A stretch of DNA of 64,000 nucleotides, from NCBI GenBank assembly GCA_902594605.1, contig CACJMR010000001.1:76794-140793 (forward strand). The letters run 5' to 3'. Positions 1 through 10,260 of the stretch are shown here, piece after piece (the stretch's first letter is position 1; each line of letters opens with the position of its first letter). Origin of the DNA: an uncultured Pelagibacteraceae bacterium. GTDB taxonomy: Bacteria; Pseudomonadota; Alphaproteobacteria; Pelagibacterales; Pelagibacteraceae. Under the pieces are notes generated by a model. It did no database searches. It was not told the DNA's origin and saw only the letters and a list, made by a program, of their open reading frames with translations. The translations under genes were made by a program, and so were the position numbers.

Positions 1-1516
1 CAAAGTTATTATCAAACCAAAGTGTTGTATTTCTTTTTTCCGCACCCCATTGATAATTTCTGAAAATAACCATTGTTATTGCGGGCCACTCTTCTCTTGC
101 GCATGAACTCATTTCATTCATGCTTATTCCAAAAGCACCATCGCCAGCAAATCCTATAACAGGAGTATCCGGACAACCAATTTTTGCTCCCAATATTGAT
201 GGAAAACCGTAACCACAAGGACCAAATAAACCTGGTGCTAAATATTTTCTTGGCTTTTCAAACGTAGGGTAAGCATTACCTATCGCACAATTGTTTCCGA
301 TATCACTTGATATAATTACATCGTCAGGCATTCCTGCTTGAATTGCTCTCCAAGCTTGTCTTGGTGACATTCTATCTGCATCTCTTTCTCTTGCTTCTTT
401 GTTCCAGACTGTTCCCTCATCATCATCTTCATGATCTAAACTTGAAAGTTTTTGCAACCAAGCTGATTTAGTTTGATGAATTAAATCTTTTCTAGCTTGT
501 CTATCAGTATCACCAGCATTTGAGGATAATTTTTCTAAAATTTGTTCAGCAACTAATTTAGCATCGCCACTTATTCCTACAGTAACTTTTTTAGTCAAAC
601 CTATTCTGTCAGGATTAATATCAACTTGAATAATATTTGCATTCTTTGGCCAATAATCAATTCCATAACCAGGTAAAGTAGAAAATGGGTTTAATCTAGT
701 TCCCAAAGCTAATACTACGTCAGCTTTTGAAATTAATTCCATTGCAGCTTTTGATCCATTGTATCCTAGAGGGCCAACTGCTAAAGGATGACTTCCTGGG
801 AAACTATCATTATGTTGGTAACCAGAACAAACAGGTGAATCTAATTTTTCTGCAAGCTTTTTTGTAGCTTCTATAGCTCCTCCAATAACAACACCTGCTC
901 CAGATAATATTACAGGAAACTTTGCTTTAGATAACAAGTCAGCTGCTTTAGTTACAGCATCATTCCCTCCACCTTGTCTTTCAAGTCTTACAATTGGAGG
1001 AAGATCAATATCAATTACTTGACACCAATAATCTCTTGGAACATTAATTTGTGCTGGCGCTGATCCTCTTATAGCTTTTTCTATAACTCTATTTAATACT
1101 TCAGCCATTCTTGATGGGTCTCTTACTTCTTCTTGATAACAAACCATGTCTTTGAATAAATTCATTTGCTCTACTTCTTGAAATCCACCTTGCCCCATTG
1201 TTTTGTTTGCTGCTTGCGGTGTAACTAATAAAAGAGGAGTATGATTCCAATAAGCAGTTTTAATTGGTGTAACTAATCCAGTAATTCCAGGTCCGTTCTG
1301 GGCAATAACCATTGACATTTTACCAGTAGCTCGTGTGTAACCATCAGCAATTAAACCACCATTTGTTTCATGAGCGACATCCCAAAAAGTAATACCTGCA
1401 TCTGGAAAAATATCTGAAATTGGCATAAAGGCTGAACCAATAATTCCAAACGCATGTTCAATACCGTGCATTTGTAAAACTTTTACAAAAGCTTCTTCTG
1501 TTGTCATTTTTGTCAT
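1..1516 (-). CDS. xsc: Sulfoacetaldehyde acetyltransferase (ThDP-dependent), 3' end outside the window
   Basis: Manual translation from ATG at 1516: MTKMTTEEAFVKVLQMHGIEHAFGIIGSAFMPISDIFPDAGITFWDVAHE..., the characteristic Xsc N-terminus. GDG ThDP motif near 140. Not in the ORF track because it runs off the edge. Confidence 0.93.
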   Translation of the reverse strand, partial: MTKMTTEEAFVKVLQMHGIEHAFGIIGSAFMPISDIFPDAGITFWDVAHETNGGLIADGYTRATGKMSMVIAQNGPGITGLVTPIKTAYWNHTPLLLVTPQAANKTMGQGGFQEVEQMNLFKDMVCYQEEVRDPSRMAEVLNRVIEKAIRGSAPAQINVPRDYWCQVIDIDLPPIVRLERQGGGNDAVTKAADLLSKAKFPVILSGAGVVIGGAIEATKKLAEKLDSPVCSGYQHNDSFPGSHPLAVGPLGYNGSKAAMELISKADVVLALGTRLNPFSTLPGYGIDYWPKNANIIQVDINPDRIGLTKKVTVGISGDAKLVAEQILEKLSSNAGDTDRQARKDLIHQTKSAWLQKLSSLDHEDDDEGTVWNKEARERDADRMSPRQAWRAIQAGMPDDVIISSDIGNNCAIGNAYPTFEKPRKYLAPGLFGPCGYGFPSILGAKIGCPDTPVIGFAGDGAFGISMNEMSSCAREEWPAITMVIFRNYQWGAEKRNTTLWFDNNF

Positions 1517-1627
1517 AAAACTAGAACCTCTCTAAAGTGTAATTATACTATTTATAAAATTCGTTTGTTAATTTGTGCGATTAATATATAAGTTTTTACG
1601 AATTTCAAACAAACAAATCGACACGAT

Positions 1628-1912
1628 ATGGCAACAGATATAATCATACATGATAAAAAAGACAATGTGGGAGTAGTTGTTATTGAAAAAATCACTCCTA
1701 AACAAGACTGTGCTTGCTGGATAATGGAAGACGACAGTTCAACAAATATTCAATCCGTAGATGAAATACCTTTAGGTCATAAAATTGCAATGGTTGACCT
1801 TAAAGAAGGTGATACTATTTTAAAGTATGGTCACGACATTGGTAAAGTTGTTAAATCAATCAAAAAAGGTGAGCATGTACATGTTCACAATGTAAAAACA
1901 AAGAAGTGGTAA
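1628..1912 (+). CDS. suyA: (2R)-sulfolactate sulfo-lyase subunit alpha (UxaA N-terminal SAF domain)
   Basis: SAF domain motif IPLGHKIA...KYGHDIG...GEHVHVHN; directly upstream of a UxaA-like beta subunit in a sulfonate cluster. Confidence 0.88.
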   Translation: MATDIIIHDKKDNVGVVVIEKITPKQDCACWIMEDDSSTNIQSVDEIPLGHKIAMVDLKEGDTILKYGHDIGKVVKSIKKGEHVHVHNVKTKKW

Positions 1913-1916
1913 TAGT

Positions 1917-3083
1917 ATGGAAATTCCAAAGAGCTTTTTAGGTTATAAAAGAGAAAACGGCAGAGCCGGAACAAGAAATCATGTGATTATTTTGCCAGTT
2001 GATGACATTTCAAACGCATGTGCAGAGGCAGTTGCTAACAATATTAAAGGTACAATTGCTCTTCCTCATTCTTATGGAAGACTTCAGTTTGGTGCAGATT
2101 TAGAGCTTCATTTTAGAACAATGATAGGAACTGGATGTAACCCAAATGTTGCTGCAGTAATTGTTATTGGTATAGAGCCAAAATGGACAAAAAAAATTGT
2201 AGATGGAATTGCTAAAACTGGAAAACCAGTTGAAGGATTTCATATTGAGCGTACAGGTGATATTGGTACGACAATGAAAGCATCAAAAAAAGCACAAGAA
2301 TTTGTGATGTGGGCTTCAGAAAAACAAAGAGAAGAGTGCCCTTTAAGTGATTTGTGGATTTCAGTTAAGTGTGGAGAATCTGATACTACTTCAGGACTAG
2401 CTGCAAACCCCACTGTTGGAAACTTAATGGACAAACTTGAGCCATTAGGTGTTCATTTGTGTTTTGGTGAAACATCTGAATTAACTGGTGCAGAACAAGT
2501 TTGTGCAACTAGAGGAGCTACAAAAGAAGCGTCTGAAAAATTTATGAAAACCTGGAGCTCTTATAATGATTTTATTTTAAAAGAAGCAACAGATGATCTT
2601 TCTGAAAGTCAACCAACAGCTGGAAATATAGCTGGAGGACTCACAACTATTGAAGAAAAAGCTTTTGGTAATTTTCAAAAAATTGGAAATTGTAAATTTA
2701 TTGATGTTCTTGAACCAGCTGAAGAACCAACTAAAGGGAAAGGTTTATATTTTATGGACACATCATCTGCTGCTGCAGAATGTGTGACACTTCAAGCAGC
2801 TGCTGGATTTAATATTCATTTATTTCCAACTGGACAAGGTAATATCGTTGGAAATCCAATTGAACCTGTTGTTAAATTAACAGCTAATCCATTAACCGTA
2901 AAAGGCATGGGAGAGCATATTGATTGTGATGTTTCAAAAATTCTTTCAAGAGAAATGAATTTATCTGAAGCAGGTGATGAATTAATTAAAACTACACTAA
3001 GAGTAGCAAACGGTAGATTAACTTGTGCTGAAGCTTTAGGTCATAGAGAATTTGTTATGACTAAACTTTACAGAAGTGCTTAA
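1917..3083 (+). CDS. suyB: (2R)-sulfolactate sulfo-lyase subunit beta (UxaA family)
   Basis: [34 protein letters not shown] and [10 protein letters not shown] motifs; context with xsc and aprBA. Confidence 0.9.
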   Translation: MEIPKSFLGYKRENGRAGTRNHVIILPVDDISNACAEAVANNIKGTIALPHSYGRLQFGADLELHFRTMIGTGCNPNVAAVIVIGIEPKWTKKIVDGIAKTGKPVEGFHIERTGDIGTTMKASKKAQEFVMWASEKQREECPLSDLWISVKCGESDTTSGLAANPTVGNLMDKLEPLGVHLCFGETSELTGAEQVCATRGATKEASEKFMKTWSSYNDFILKEATDDLSESQPTAGNIAGGLTTIEEKAFGNFQKIGNCKFIDVLEPAEEPTKGKGLYFMDTSSAAAECVTLQAAAGFNIHLFPTGQGNIVGNPIEPVVKLTANPLTVKGMGEHIDCDVSKILSREMNLSEAGDELIKTTLRVANGRLTCAEALGHREFVMTKLYRSA

Positions 3084-3099
3084 TTAACTTTAGTCTTTC

Positions 3100-4167
3100 A
3101 TGAAATTTAAGAAATACCTGGTTGTATTACCAGGTATTATATTAGCATTTGTTCTTTACACTTTATCTCAAGGTTTCAATAATATTCTTGGTATTGAGCT
3201 ATTAGGCTATGAAAAAAGCCCAATATCTACTGCAATGATTGCTATTTTATTAGGTATGTTTTTCGGAAATATTTTTCAAATTAGAAAAAGTTTTTTAAGA
3301 GGATTAGATTTTACACAAAAGTATATTCTAAAACTTGGAATTATTTGCTTAGGTATTCAATTGAAACCATTTGAATTTTTAGAATTTGGGGCAATAGCAA
3401 TTCCGTTAATTATAATCTGTATAATTAGTGTGTTAATTGTAATCAAACTTCTAATTAAAAAATTAAAAATTCCAACAAGAATGGCTTACTTAATATCAAT
3501 AGGTAGCACTGTCTGTGGTACTACAGCTATAATGGCTACTGCTCCTGTTATTGGTGCAAAAAAAAATGAGGTGTCCTATGCAATTGCTAATATTACTTTG
3601 TTTGGAATACTTTCGATGCTTATTTATCCTTATTTTGCTAACTTTTATTTTGAAAGTGAGCCATTATTAATAGGATTATTTCTGGGAACATCTATCCATG
3701 AAACCTCCCAAGTTGCAGCCGCAGGATTAATTTATGACCAGCAGTTTAATAGTCCTGAAACTTTAAATATCGCAACAGTAACGAAATTAATAAGGAATAC
3801 CTTTTTGATTATCATGATCCCTTTATTTGCATTTCTTTATAATCGGGGAAAAACTACAGAAAAGAAATACTCAATAATAGATATTTTTCCTTACTTTGTA
3901 TTAGGTTTTGTGGCCATGATAATAATTAGAAATTTAGGTGATCTAATGTACTCAAATAACTACAAATGGTTGGTTACAATTGAGAGTATTCAATTGTCCT
4001 CAAAAATATTTTTAACAATGGCCATGGCAGCAATAGGTCTTTCCACTAACTTAAAAGAAATTAAAAATATGGGTTATAAACCATTTGTTGTTGGTTTTAT
4101 AAGTATGGCAACTGTTGGTGTAGTTTGTATTACAACTATCGAATTATATCTAAATTATTTTAATTAA
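3100..4167 (+). CDS. YeiH/PSE family putative sulfate/sulfite exporter (SuyZ/TauZ-like)
   Basis: Multi-TM protein with GSTVCGTTAIMATAP, GTSIHETSQV and TVTKLIRN family motifs; follows suyAB. Confidence 0.85.
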   Translation: MKFKKYLVVLPGIILAFVLYTLSQGFNNILGIELLGYEKSPISTAMIAILLGMFFGNIFQIRKSFLRGLDFTQKYILKLGIICLGIQLKPFEFLEFGAIAIPLIIICIISVLIVIKLLIKKLKIPTRMAYLISIGSTVCGTTAIMATAPVIGAKKNEVSYAIANITLFGILSMLIYPYFANFYFESEPLLIGLFLGTSIHETSQVAAAGLIYDQQFNSPETLNIATVTKLIRNTFLIIMIPLFAFLYNRGKTTEKKYSIIDIFPYFVLGFVAMIIIRNLGDLMYSNNYKWLVTIESIQLSSKIFLTMAMAAIGLSTNLKEIKNMGYKPFVVGFISMATVGVVCITTIELYLNYFN

Positions 4168-5243
4168 GATTTAACTAATAATTTTTTTCTAAAATTTGAA
4201 ATAAATCGTCTTATAAAAGCAGCTCCAACACCTAAAATAATTGCAAACATAATTGTAAATAGTCCGTAAAAGAAAGGCATCTCTTTAGAAAAATCAATTA
4301 TAAATTCAGAAAAGAAGTTTAAATCTGAACTAGTAGCTTTAGCAGTTCCATTCATAATTTTTTCTGCAAAAAATGTATCGTATGCTATTGCTATACCCAC
4401 TATAAGTAGTAAAATTGCTAATAAAGCTCTCAAACCAGAACTATCGATTCTTTCTCCTAATTTTTGTCCAACCTGTACTCCTATTATAGATCCTACAACC
4501 AACATAAGAACTAGAAATAAATCTATAGATCCATAATTAAATGAATGAAGAAAAGTAACAACCACACTTACAAATATTGTTACAAATAAAGATGTACCAG
4601 GAACTAATTTAGTAGGCATTTTAATTATATAAATCATTGCAGGAACTAAAATAAAAGCACCTCCGATTCCCATAATGGCCGCAATAAATCCAACTAATAG
4701 ACCAATTATAATTGGTGTAAAAATACTCTCATATAATTTTGACTTTGGAAATCTCATTCTTAATGGAAGACCATGTATCCAATAATGAACATGTAATTTT
4801 TTTTTTACTACAACGTTTCTTTTTGCTTTATCTATTTCACCCAAACTTTCAACTAACATTAAAGTTCCGATTATTGCTAATATATACATATAAGCCAGAG
4901 AGATAACTGTATCAATTTTTCCAATGCCTTTAAAATAAGTAAAAGTGTAAATTCCTAAAGAGGTTCCAATTACACCTCCAATGACAATCATTGAACCCAT
5001 TTTATAATCTAAAGTATTTTTTAAATAATGCGTGGTAGATCCAGAAACTGAAGTAGCTAAAATATTATTTGCTTCATTAGCAACAGCGTATGCAGGAGGT
5101 ATTCCCAAAAAAATTAAAAAAGGTGTCATTAAAAATCCACCTCCAACACCAAATAACCCTGATAGAACTCCAACAATTGCGCTTAGTAAAAGTATCTCGA
5201 TAGGGTTAACAAAAACTTGAGCTATCGGTAAAAATACTTCCAT
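4164..5243 (-). CDS. TauE/SafE family sulfite exporter
   Basis: Duplicated GLFGVGGGFLMTP / GIGGAFILVP motifs, hydrophobic. Confidence 0.88.
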   Translation of the reverse strand: MEVFLPIAQVFVNPIEILLLSAIVGVLSGLFGVGGGFLMTPFLIFLGIPPAYAVANEANNILATSVSGSTTHYLKNTLDYKMGSMIVIGGVIGTSLGIYTFTYFKGIGKIDTVISLAYMYILAIIGTLMLVESLGEIDKAKRNVVVKKKLHVHYWIHGLPLRMRFPKSKLYESIFTPIIIGLLVGFIAAIMGIGGAFILVPAMIYIIKMPTKLVPGTSLFVTIFVSVVVTFLHSFNYGSIDLFLVLMLVVGSIIGVQVGQKLGERIDSSGLRALLAILLLIVGIAIAYDTFFAEKIMNGTAKATSSDLNFFSEFIIDFSKEMPFFYGLFTIMFAIILGVGAAFIRRFISNFRKKLLVKS

Positions 5244-5272
5244 AAAAAACTTAAAAGTTGTTAAAAAACAAC

Positions 5273-5419
5273 TTAGTTAAATGTAATAAAAGTTCCAACT
5301 AAAATCACTCCCCAGTAAGCTGTTAAGCTTGCTATAATTCCTGCTTTAATAAATGTAGTTTTAAAATTTGAGAGTTTGTTTATAATTTTTACGTTAGAAA
5401 GTAACATCAAATCCGTCAT
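5273..5419 (-). CDS. Small hypothetical membrane protein (48 aa)
   Basis: MTDLMLLSNVKIINKLSNFKTTFIKAGIIASLTAYWGVILVGTFITFN; C-terminal TM helix; start moved to the internal ATG at 5419 to avoid overlap with the upstream gene. Confidence 0.4.
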   Translation of the reverse strand: MTDLMLLSNVKIINKLSNFKTTFIKAGIIASLTAYWGVILVGTFITFN

Positions 5420-5474
5420 TACACCCACAACGAAATTTGTCAAACAATTATTTAAAAACTTGATAATCTTTTTT

Positions 5475-5825
5475 CTAATAGATCGTGGCTCCAAAAACCT
5501 TAACCGCATCGTCTTCGACACCTAAGACCAACCTCCCAAGAAACTCTCCCGGGATCTCTTTATTTGTTTGTTTAATAAGAACGGTTATGTGATCTCCTCT
5601 TCTAAGGCAACCAAAAGGTTCAAAAGTCTCTTTAAGATTAGTGATTAGCTTATTATTAGCCCATTGTTTACCAAGCTCTACCTCGTTAGCACCAAAGAGC
5701 ATTTGTGTAGAAAAATCTCTTGTAAAGCCACCATAATCTTTAAGATTAGATGATTTAACTAAATTATCCCAAATAGGCTTAGCTAATTCATATATTTCAT
5801 CATCTGATTTAGATAAAATATCCAT
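5475..5825 (-). CDS. Hypothetical protein immediately downstream of aprA
   Basis: 116-aa ORF with normal protein composition, 21 nt after the aprA stop. Confidence 0.75.
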   Translation of the reverse strand: MDILSKSDDEIYELAKPIWDNLVKSSNLKDYGGFTRDFSTQMLFGANEVELGKQWANNKLITNLKETFEPFGCLRRGDHITVLIKQTNKEIPGEFLGRLVLGVEDDAVKVFGATIY

Positions 5826-5846
5826 GTAATTTAATTAAATTATCTA

Positions 5847-7706
5847 CTAAGAAGCTTTTTTCTTCTCGTTCTCATCCACTATATGGTAGACAGGAACTTT
5901 CTCCATACTAAACTTACCAGTTTTAGGGTCACGTCTAGAAACTGTTAGACAATGCCAGTTTTCATCATCAAGTTTCATATGATCACCTCTATAATAGTAG
6001 CCTGGCCATCTAGTTTCTTCTCTAAACAAAGTATGTTCCGTTACACACTGAGAAGTCAAAGCTCTATGTTTCAACTCCCAAGCTCTCATAAGCTGGTGAT
6101 AATCTTCAGCTCCAACATGCTCCAAGTCCTCTTGTAGCCAATCTAATAACTCAAGTCCTCTTTTCAGCATATTACCATTAGTCATGTAATTTGAGGTAAT
6201 TCCACCCACATATTCATCCATGATTTTCTGTAATCTTTGAAGACCTTGAATTGGGGATATGTAACTAGGAGATACTGTTCCACCAGTAATCTCATTTCTT
6301 GCAACTGTATAGTTTTCTAGTGGTTTATAAACTGCAGTTTTAAAGTCTTCACACTGTTTATCTGAAACTTTAACCCCTTCTGCTTTTTTGTCTTCAATAT
6401 ATTTAACAGCAGCTTTTGCAGCTAATCTGCCTTCTGTAAAAGATCCAGATGAAAACTTGTGGGCACTTCCACCAACTGTATCTCCAGCACCAAATAAACC
6501 ATCAATAGTTAACATTCTATTATAACCCCAGAAATATTCTGGTGGCGACAAATCCTCAGGGCCGCTAACCCATGCACCTGAACAAGTAGCATGTGAACCC
6601 ATTACATAGGGTTCAGATGTAGTTAATTCTGGATTTGTATATTTTGGATCAATGTTTTGAGATGCCCAAACAACAGCTTGACCAACAGTCATTCCTAAGA
6701 AATTTTCCCAACCTACTGTTTCTAAATGTGGATCTTGGAAAGCTTCAGTAGTTACCATATGGATTGGTCCACCACCTGCAGCTACTTCTTGAATAAATGC
6801 ATGGTTTCTCAAACATGTTGGTGTTGGATGATGATCAATGTATTCTCCAACTAACTCTTTAGTTTGGTCATACCATTTTTTCTCATAATTTTCGCCATTA
6901 GCATTTTGAGTATAGGTTTTTAAATGAAGGAAATACGCTCCAACTGGACCATAACCATCTTTAAATCTACATAATACAATTCTGTTTTCCATTTGAGTCA
7001 TCTTTGCACCTGCTGCAATAGGTAATGCATATGCAGATCCATTACTCCATGGCGCATACCAAGTTCTACCCATTCCTTCTCCAACCGCTCTTGGTTTAAA
7101 GATGTGTGAAGCTCCACCAGCAGCAACAATTACCGCTTTAGCTCTGAATACATGGAAATCACCAGTTCTCATATTAAAGCCAACTGCTCCACCAATTCTG
7201 TTATCTTGAGACTCGTCCATTAAAAGATGAGTAATCATTATTCTATTATAAATTTTATCTGCAGATTTTTTTGCAGCTTCTGCAACAATCGGTTTATAAC
7301 TTTCACCATGTATCATAATCTGCCATTTACCTTCTCTTAGGTATCTTCCAGTTTCTTCATTCTTCATCATAGGTAGACCCCATTCATCAAACATATGAAC
7401 TGTAGAGTCCACGTGACGAGCCATGTCATAACCTAAATCTTCTCTAACCATTCCCATTAAATCATTTCTTGCATATCTAACATGATCTTCTGGTTGGTTT
7501 TCACCCCATTGCATTCCCATGTAGCAGTTAATTGCATAAAGTCCTTGAGCAACAGCTCCACTTCTATCAATGTTAGCTTTTTCAACACAAACAATTTTCA
7601 TGTCTCTACCCCAATGTCTTGCTTCAAAGGTAGCACCAGTTCCGGCCATACCCCCACCAACAACTAATATATCGCAATCTTCGTAATGTGTTTTATGACT
7701 AGCCAT
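5847..7706 (-). CDS. aprA: Adenylylsulfate reductase alpha subunit
   Basis: FAD motif VGGGMAG; RSGAVAQGLYAINCY, WQIMIHGESYK and HKFSSGSFTEGR signatures. Confidence 0.97.
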   Translation of the reverse strand: MASHKTHYEDCDILVVGGGMAGTGATFEARHWGRDMKIVCVEKANIDRSGAVAQGLYAINCYMGMQWGENQPEDHVRYARNDLMGMVREDLGYDMARHVDSTVHMFDEWGLPMMKNEETGRYLREGKWQIMIHGESYKPIVAEAAKKSADKIYNRIMITHLLMDESQDNRIGGAVGFNMRTGDFHVFRAKAVIVAAGGASHIFKPRAVGEGMGRTWYAPWSNGSAYALPIAAGAKMTQMENRIVLCRFKDGYGPVGAYFLHLKTYTQNANGENYEKKWYDQTKELVGEYIDHHPTPTCLRNHAFIQEVAAGGGPIHMVTTEAFQDPHLETVGWENFLGMTVGQAVVWASQNIDPKYTNPELTTSEPYVMGSHATCSGAWVSGPEDLSPPEYFWGYNRMLTIDGLFGAGDTVGGSAHKFSSGSFTEGRLAAKAAVKYIEDKKAEGVKVSDKQCEDFKTAVYKPLENYTVARNEITGGTVSPSYISPIQGLQRLQKIMDEYVGGITSNYMTNGNMLKRGLELLDWLQEDLEHVGAEDYHQLMRAWELKHRALTSQCVTEHTLFREETRWPGYYYRGDHMKLDDENWHCLTVSRRDPKTGKFSMEKVPVYHIVDENEKKKAS

Positions 7707-8176
7707 TAATAGTAAACTCCTTTTTTGAACGACTCCTTAGGTACAGTTGGAAGCTCTCCATCTATATTTAACCCTTCTGGTTCAGTGTATAATCTTTGTG
7801 AATTTATCTCTCCTTGATTAGGTTTATCCCCATCAGCTAATTTTGGAATAAATTTTCCCCAAGGCTTAGTTGTGATTGGCGATACGAAATTTTTTTCAGT
7901 TCCATTTCTGAATTTAATCTTCCAAGAGATTGTTCCCTTTTCTTCTTCCCTTCTTACTCTAACACTATGTCCCATTGGAGCAAAGTCTGCATATCCTCTA
8001 ACATCAATGGCGTGGTTAGGACAAGCTTTGACGCAAGAATAACATTCCCAACAAAAGTTAGGTTCTATATTTTTTGCACGTCTAATGTTTTCATCAATAT
8101 GCATTATATCTGATGGGCAAATATCTACGCAATGACCACAGCCATCACATCTTGTCATATAAACAAATGTTGACAT
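7706..8176 (-). CDS. aprB: Adenylylsulfate reductase beta subunit (2x[4Fe-4S])
   Basis: CDGCGHCVDICP and CWECYSCVKACP; 1-nt overlap with aprA. Confidence 0.97.
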   Translation of the reverse strand: MSTFVYMTRCDGCGHCVDICPSDIMHIDENIRRAKNIEPNFCWECYSCVKACPNHAIDVRGYADFAPMGHSVRVRREEEKGTISWKIKFRNGTEKNFVSPITTKPWGKFIPKLADGDKPNQGEINSQRLYTEPEGLNIDGELPTVPKESFKKGVYY

Positions 8177-8209
8177 ATTAATCTCTCTCCTTTTTTAATT
8201 TTATCATAA

Positions 8210-9010
8210 TTAATAATGTTTAGGTTGTTCTCTTTTAATACCTAAACCAAATTGTTCAGGTGCATCCGCAGGTGGAGGTAAATTATCTCTAGATCCATCT
8301 GCTTCAGCTAAATTCTTTTGTATTGCAGCACCAGGCTTATAAAACATATGTGCGAATTTAGACCAATAAACTCCTCCAAACAAAACTAAGTTTGAAACTA
8401 CAAATAATATTAAAAATAAATTTGCATCCCATCTTCCTTCTAAATTTAAACTTTGAAGATATGACCAAATAAATCCAGTTAAGGAAGTTGCAATCAGAGC
8501 TAATACAAATAAATCTGCTTTAATAATTCTGTACCAAGGTTGCGCTTCAGAATAAACATCAACTCTTAAGAAGAACCAAAACCATGATCCACCCAAGATC
8601 GTCATCAAAGCACCAATATGCCAGATCATTGGCCAAATAGCCGGGGTTTCTGCATTTGCTGATGAATAACAAAATATCATCACAACAGAGCCAACCCAAA
8701 ACAATATAGTACCGTACATACCAAGAACATGTGCTACTCTTCTTTTTCCAGCCCCCAGTTCTGATGTAGTTCCGATGTCGTATGCTATTGTTTTTGAAAC
8801 AACTGCAATTCTTTCACCAGTTGATAATTCTTTAGTTGCATTTTTTTTTGCTTTTTTGGCGTTTTCAAAAAAGTACTTCACATTCTTTTTATGAATTATG
8901 TCTAAAAGAGTACCTGCAACAATTAATAAGACCATTAACACCAGAAAGCCTTGCATGACTATAGATGGGACTGTCTCAGCTAGAATTGAAAAAGGATTTG
9001 TTGCAAACAT
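8210..9010 (-). CDS. aprM: APS reductase membrane anchor
   Basis: Multi-TM protein directly upstream of aprB with WSKFAHMFYKP motif. Confidence 0.9.
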   Translation of the reverse strand: MFATNPFSILAETVPSIVMQGFLVLMVLLIVAGTLLDIIHKKNVKYFFENAKKAKKNATKELSTGERIAVVSKTIAYDIGTTSELGAGKRRVAHVLGMYGTILFWVGSVVMIFCYSSANAETPAIWPMIWHIGALMTILGGSWFWFFLRVDVYSEAQPWYRIIKADLFVLALIATSLTGFIWSYLQSLNLEGRWDANLFLILFVVSNLVLFGGVYWSKFAHMFYKPGAAIQKNLAEADGSRDNLPPPADAPEQFGLGIKREQPKHY

Positions 9011-9115
9011 TTTTAATACCCTTGTAAAATAAAATTGATTTAATTTAAGGTTTTCTATTCTAGAAATTTATAGAGTTCAACCAAAAGTATTGGTCAATTT
9101 GTCTTTAATAACAAC

Positions 9116-9514
9116 TCAGAGTTTACGTTTGTAGTGTTGTTTGTTAGGAATCACTGACCTAACACCACCCTGAGGATTCTCCACATCACCTTCTCTTCTT
9201 GGGATTAAATGAATATGACAATGCATAATTGATTGACCTGCAGATTTTCCTGCATTTGTGCCTATATTGAAACCTTGAACACTAGAATCTTGTTTTAAAA
9301 TTTTTTCTTTAGTTTTTAAGATTAACTCGTTACATGCTTGAATTTCATCTTTAGTAAGCTCAAAATATGTTTCTACATGTCTTTTTGGAACGATAAGACT
9401 ATGAAATTCTGAGACTGGATAGCTATCTATGGATGAGTAAGCCAATTGATTTTCAAACTGCAGTTCTTCCTTTCTAATTTTGCAAAATATACAAGGGTTG
9501 TTTGGATCTTTCAT
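9116..9514 (-). CDS. HIT family nucleotide hydrolase
   Basis: CIFC Zn motif and AGQSIMHCHIHLIPR histidine triad. Confidence 0.92.
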   Translation of the reverse strand: MKDPNNPCIFCKIRKEELQFENQLAYSSIDSYPVSEFHSLIVPKRHVETYFELTKDEIQACNELILKTKEKILKQDSSVQGFNIGTNAGKSAGQSIMHCHIHLIPRREGDVENPQGGVRSVIPNKQHYKRKL

Positions 9515-9516
9515 GT

Positions 9517-10260
9517 TTAAACAAGAGAATTATATATTTTATTTAACTTAGTGTAGCAACCAGTCTTTCTTCTCTTCCATTTAAGATCATTTATTTTTGA
9601 AACTGATGTTACTCCTTTACCAGATCCAATAAGAATTATTTCATCATAATCATCAATAGATTTAATAGAAATATCTTTAAAATTAATTTTAATTTTCTTG
9701 CTTATAAATTTAAGTGTATTCCCAAAATAACAATTTTTTTTAGGTGAAAAAATTTTTCCCTTTTTCACAAAAACTAAATTTGAAGTACCAGTTTCTAAAA
9801 TTTTATCATTAGCGACTAGAGCAATATCAAATTTAGTTGAGTCAACTTTACTTAATTTTGCTAATATTTTTTTATAATATAAATTTTTATAATTTGGTTC
9901 TACTCGTTTATATCTGAATAATAACAAATTAAAATTACTCTTTGGTTTTGGTCTTTTTCTAATTGAGACTGATATCAGTTTTTTATTTAATGCTATTCGA
10001 AATAAATTATCAGGACCTTTGTATAGAGTGTTTTTGTCAATTAAATCTTTAATAATACTTTTTAAATTTTTTTTTCTTATTTCATATTTTTTTGTAGATT
10101 TTATTAAGTTCTCTAAATGCGGTTTTAAAAGAATTAACTTAGGGGGTTTTCCAACCATTCGCATTGTAGTGAATACACCTCTAGATCCCCAAAGATCATT
10201 GAAATTAACTTCTTTAAGATTACTAAGCTGATAAGATTTTTTTAATAAGAATGTTGCCAT
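9517..10260 (-). CDS. pabC: Aminotransferase class IV, probable 4-amino-4-deoxychorismate lyase
   Basis: GVFTTMR and ILETGTSNL fold-type IV motifs; follows pabB/pabA. Confidence 0.75.
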   Translation of the reverse strand: MATFLLKKSYQLSNLKEVNFNDLWGSRGVFTTMRMVGKPPKLILLKPHLENLIKSTKKYEIRKKNLKSIIKDLIDKNTLYKGPDNLFRIALNKKLISVSIRKRPKPKSNFNLLLFRYKRVEPNYKNLYYKKILAKLSKVDSTKFDIALVANDKILETGTSNLVFVKKGKIFSPKKNCYFGNTLKFISKKIKINFKDISIKSIDDYDEIILIGSGKGVTSVSKINDLKWKRRKTGCYTKLNKIYNSLV

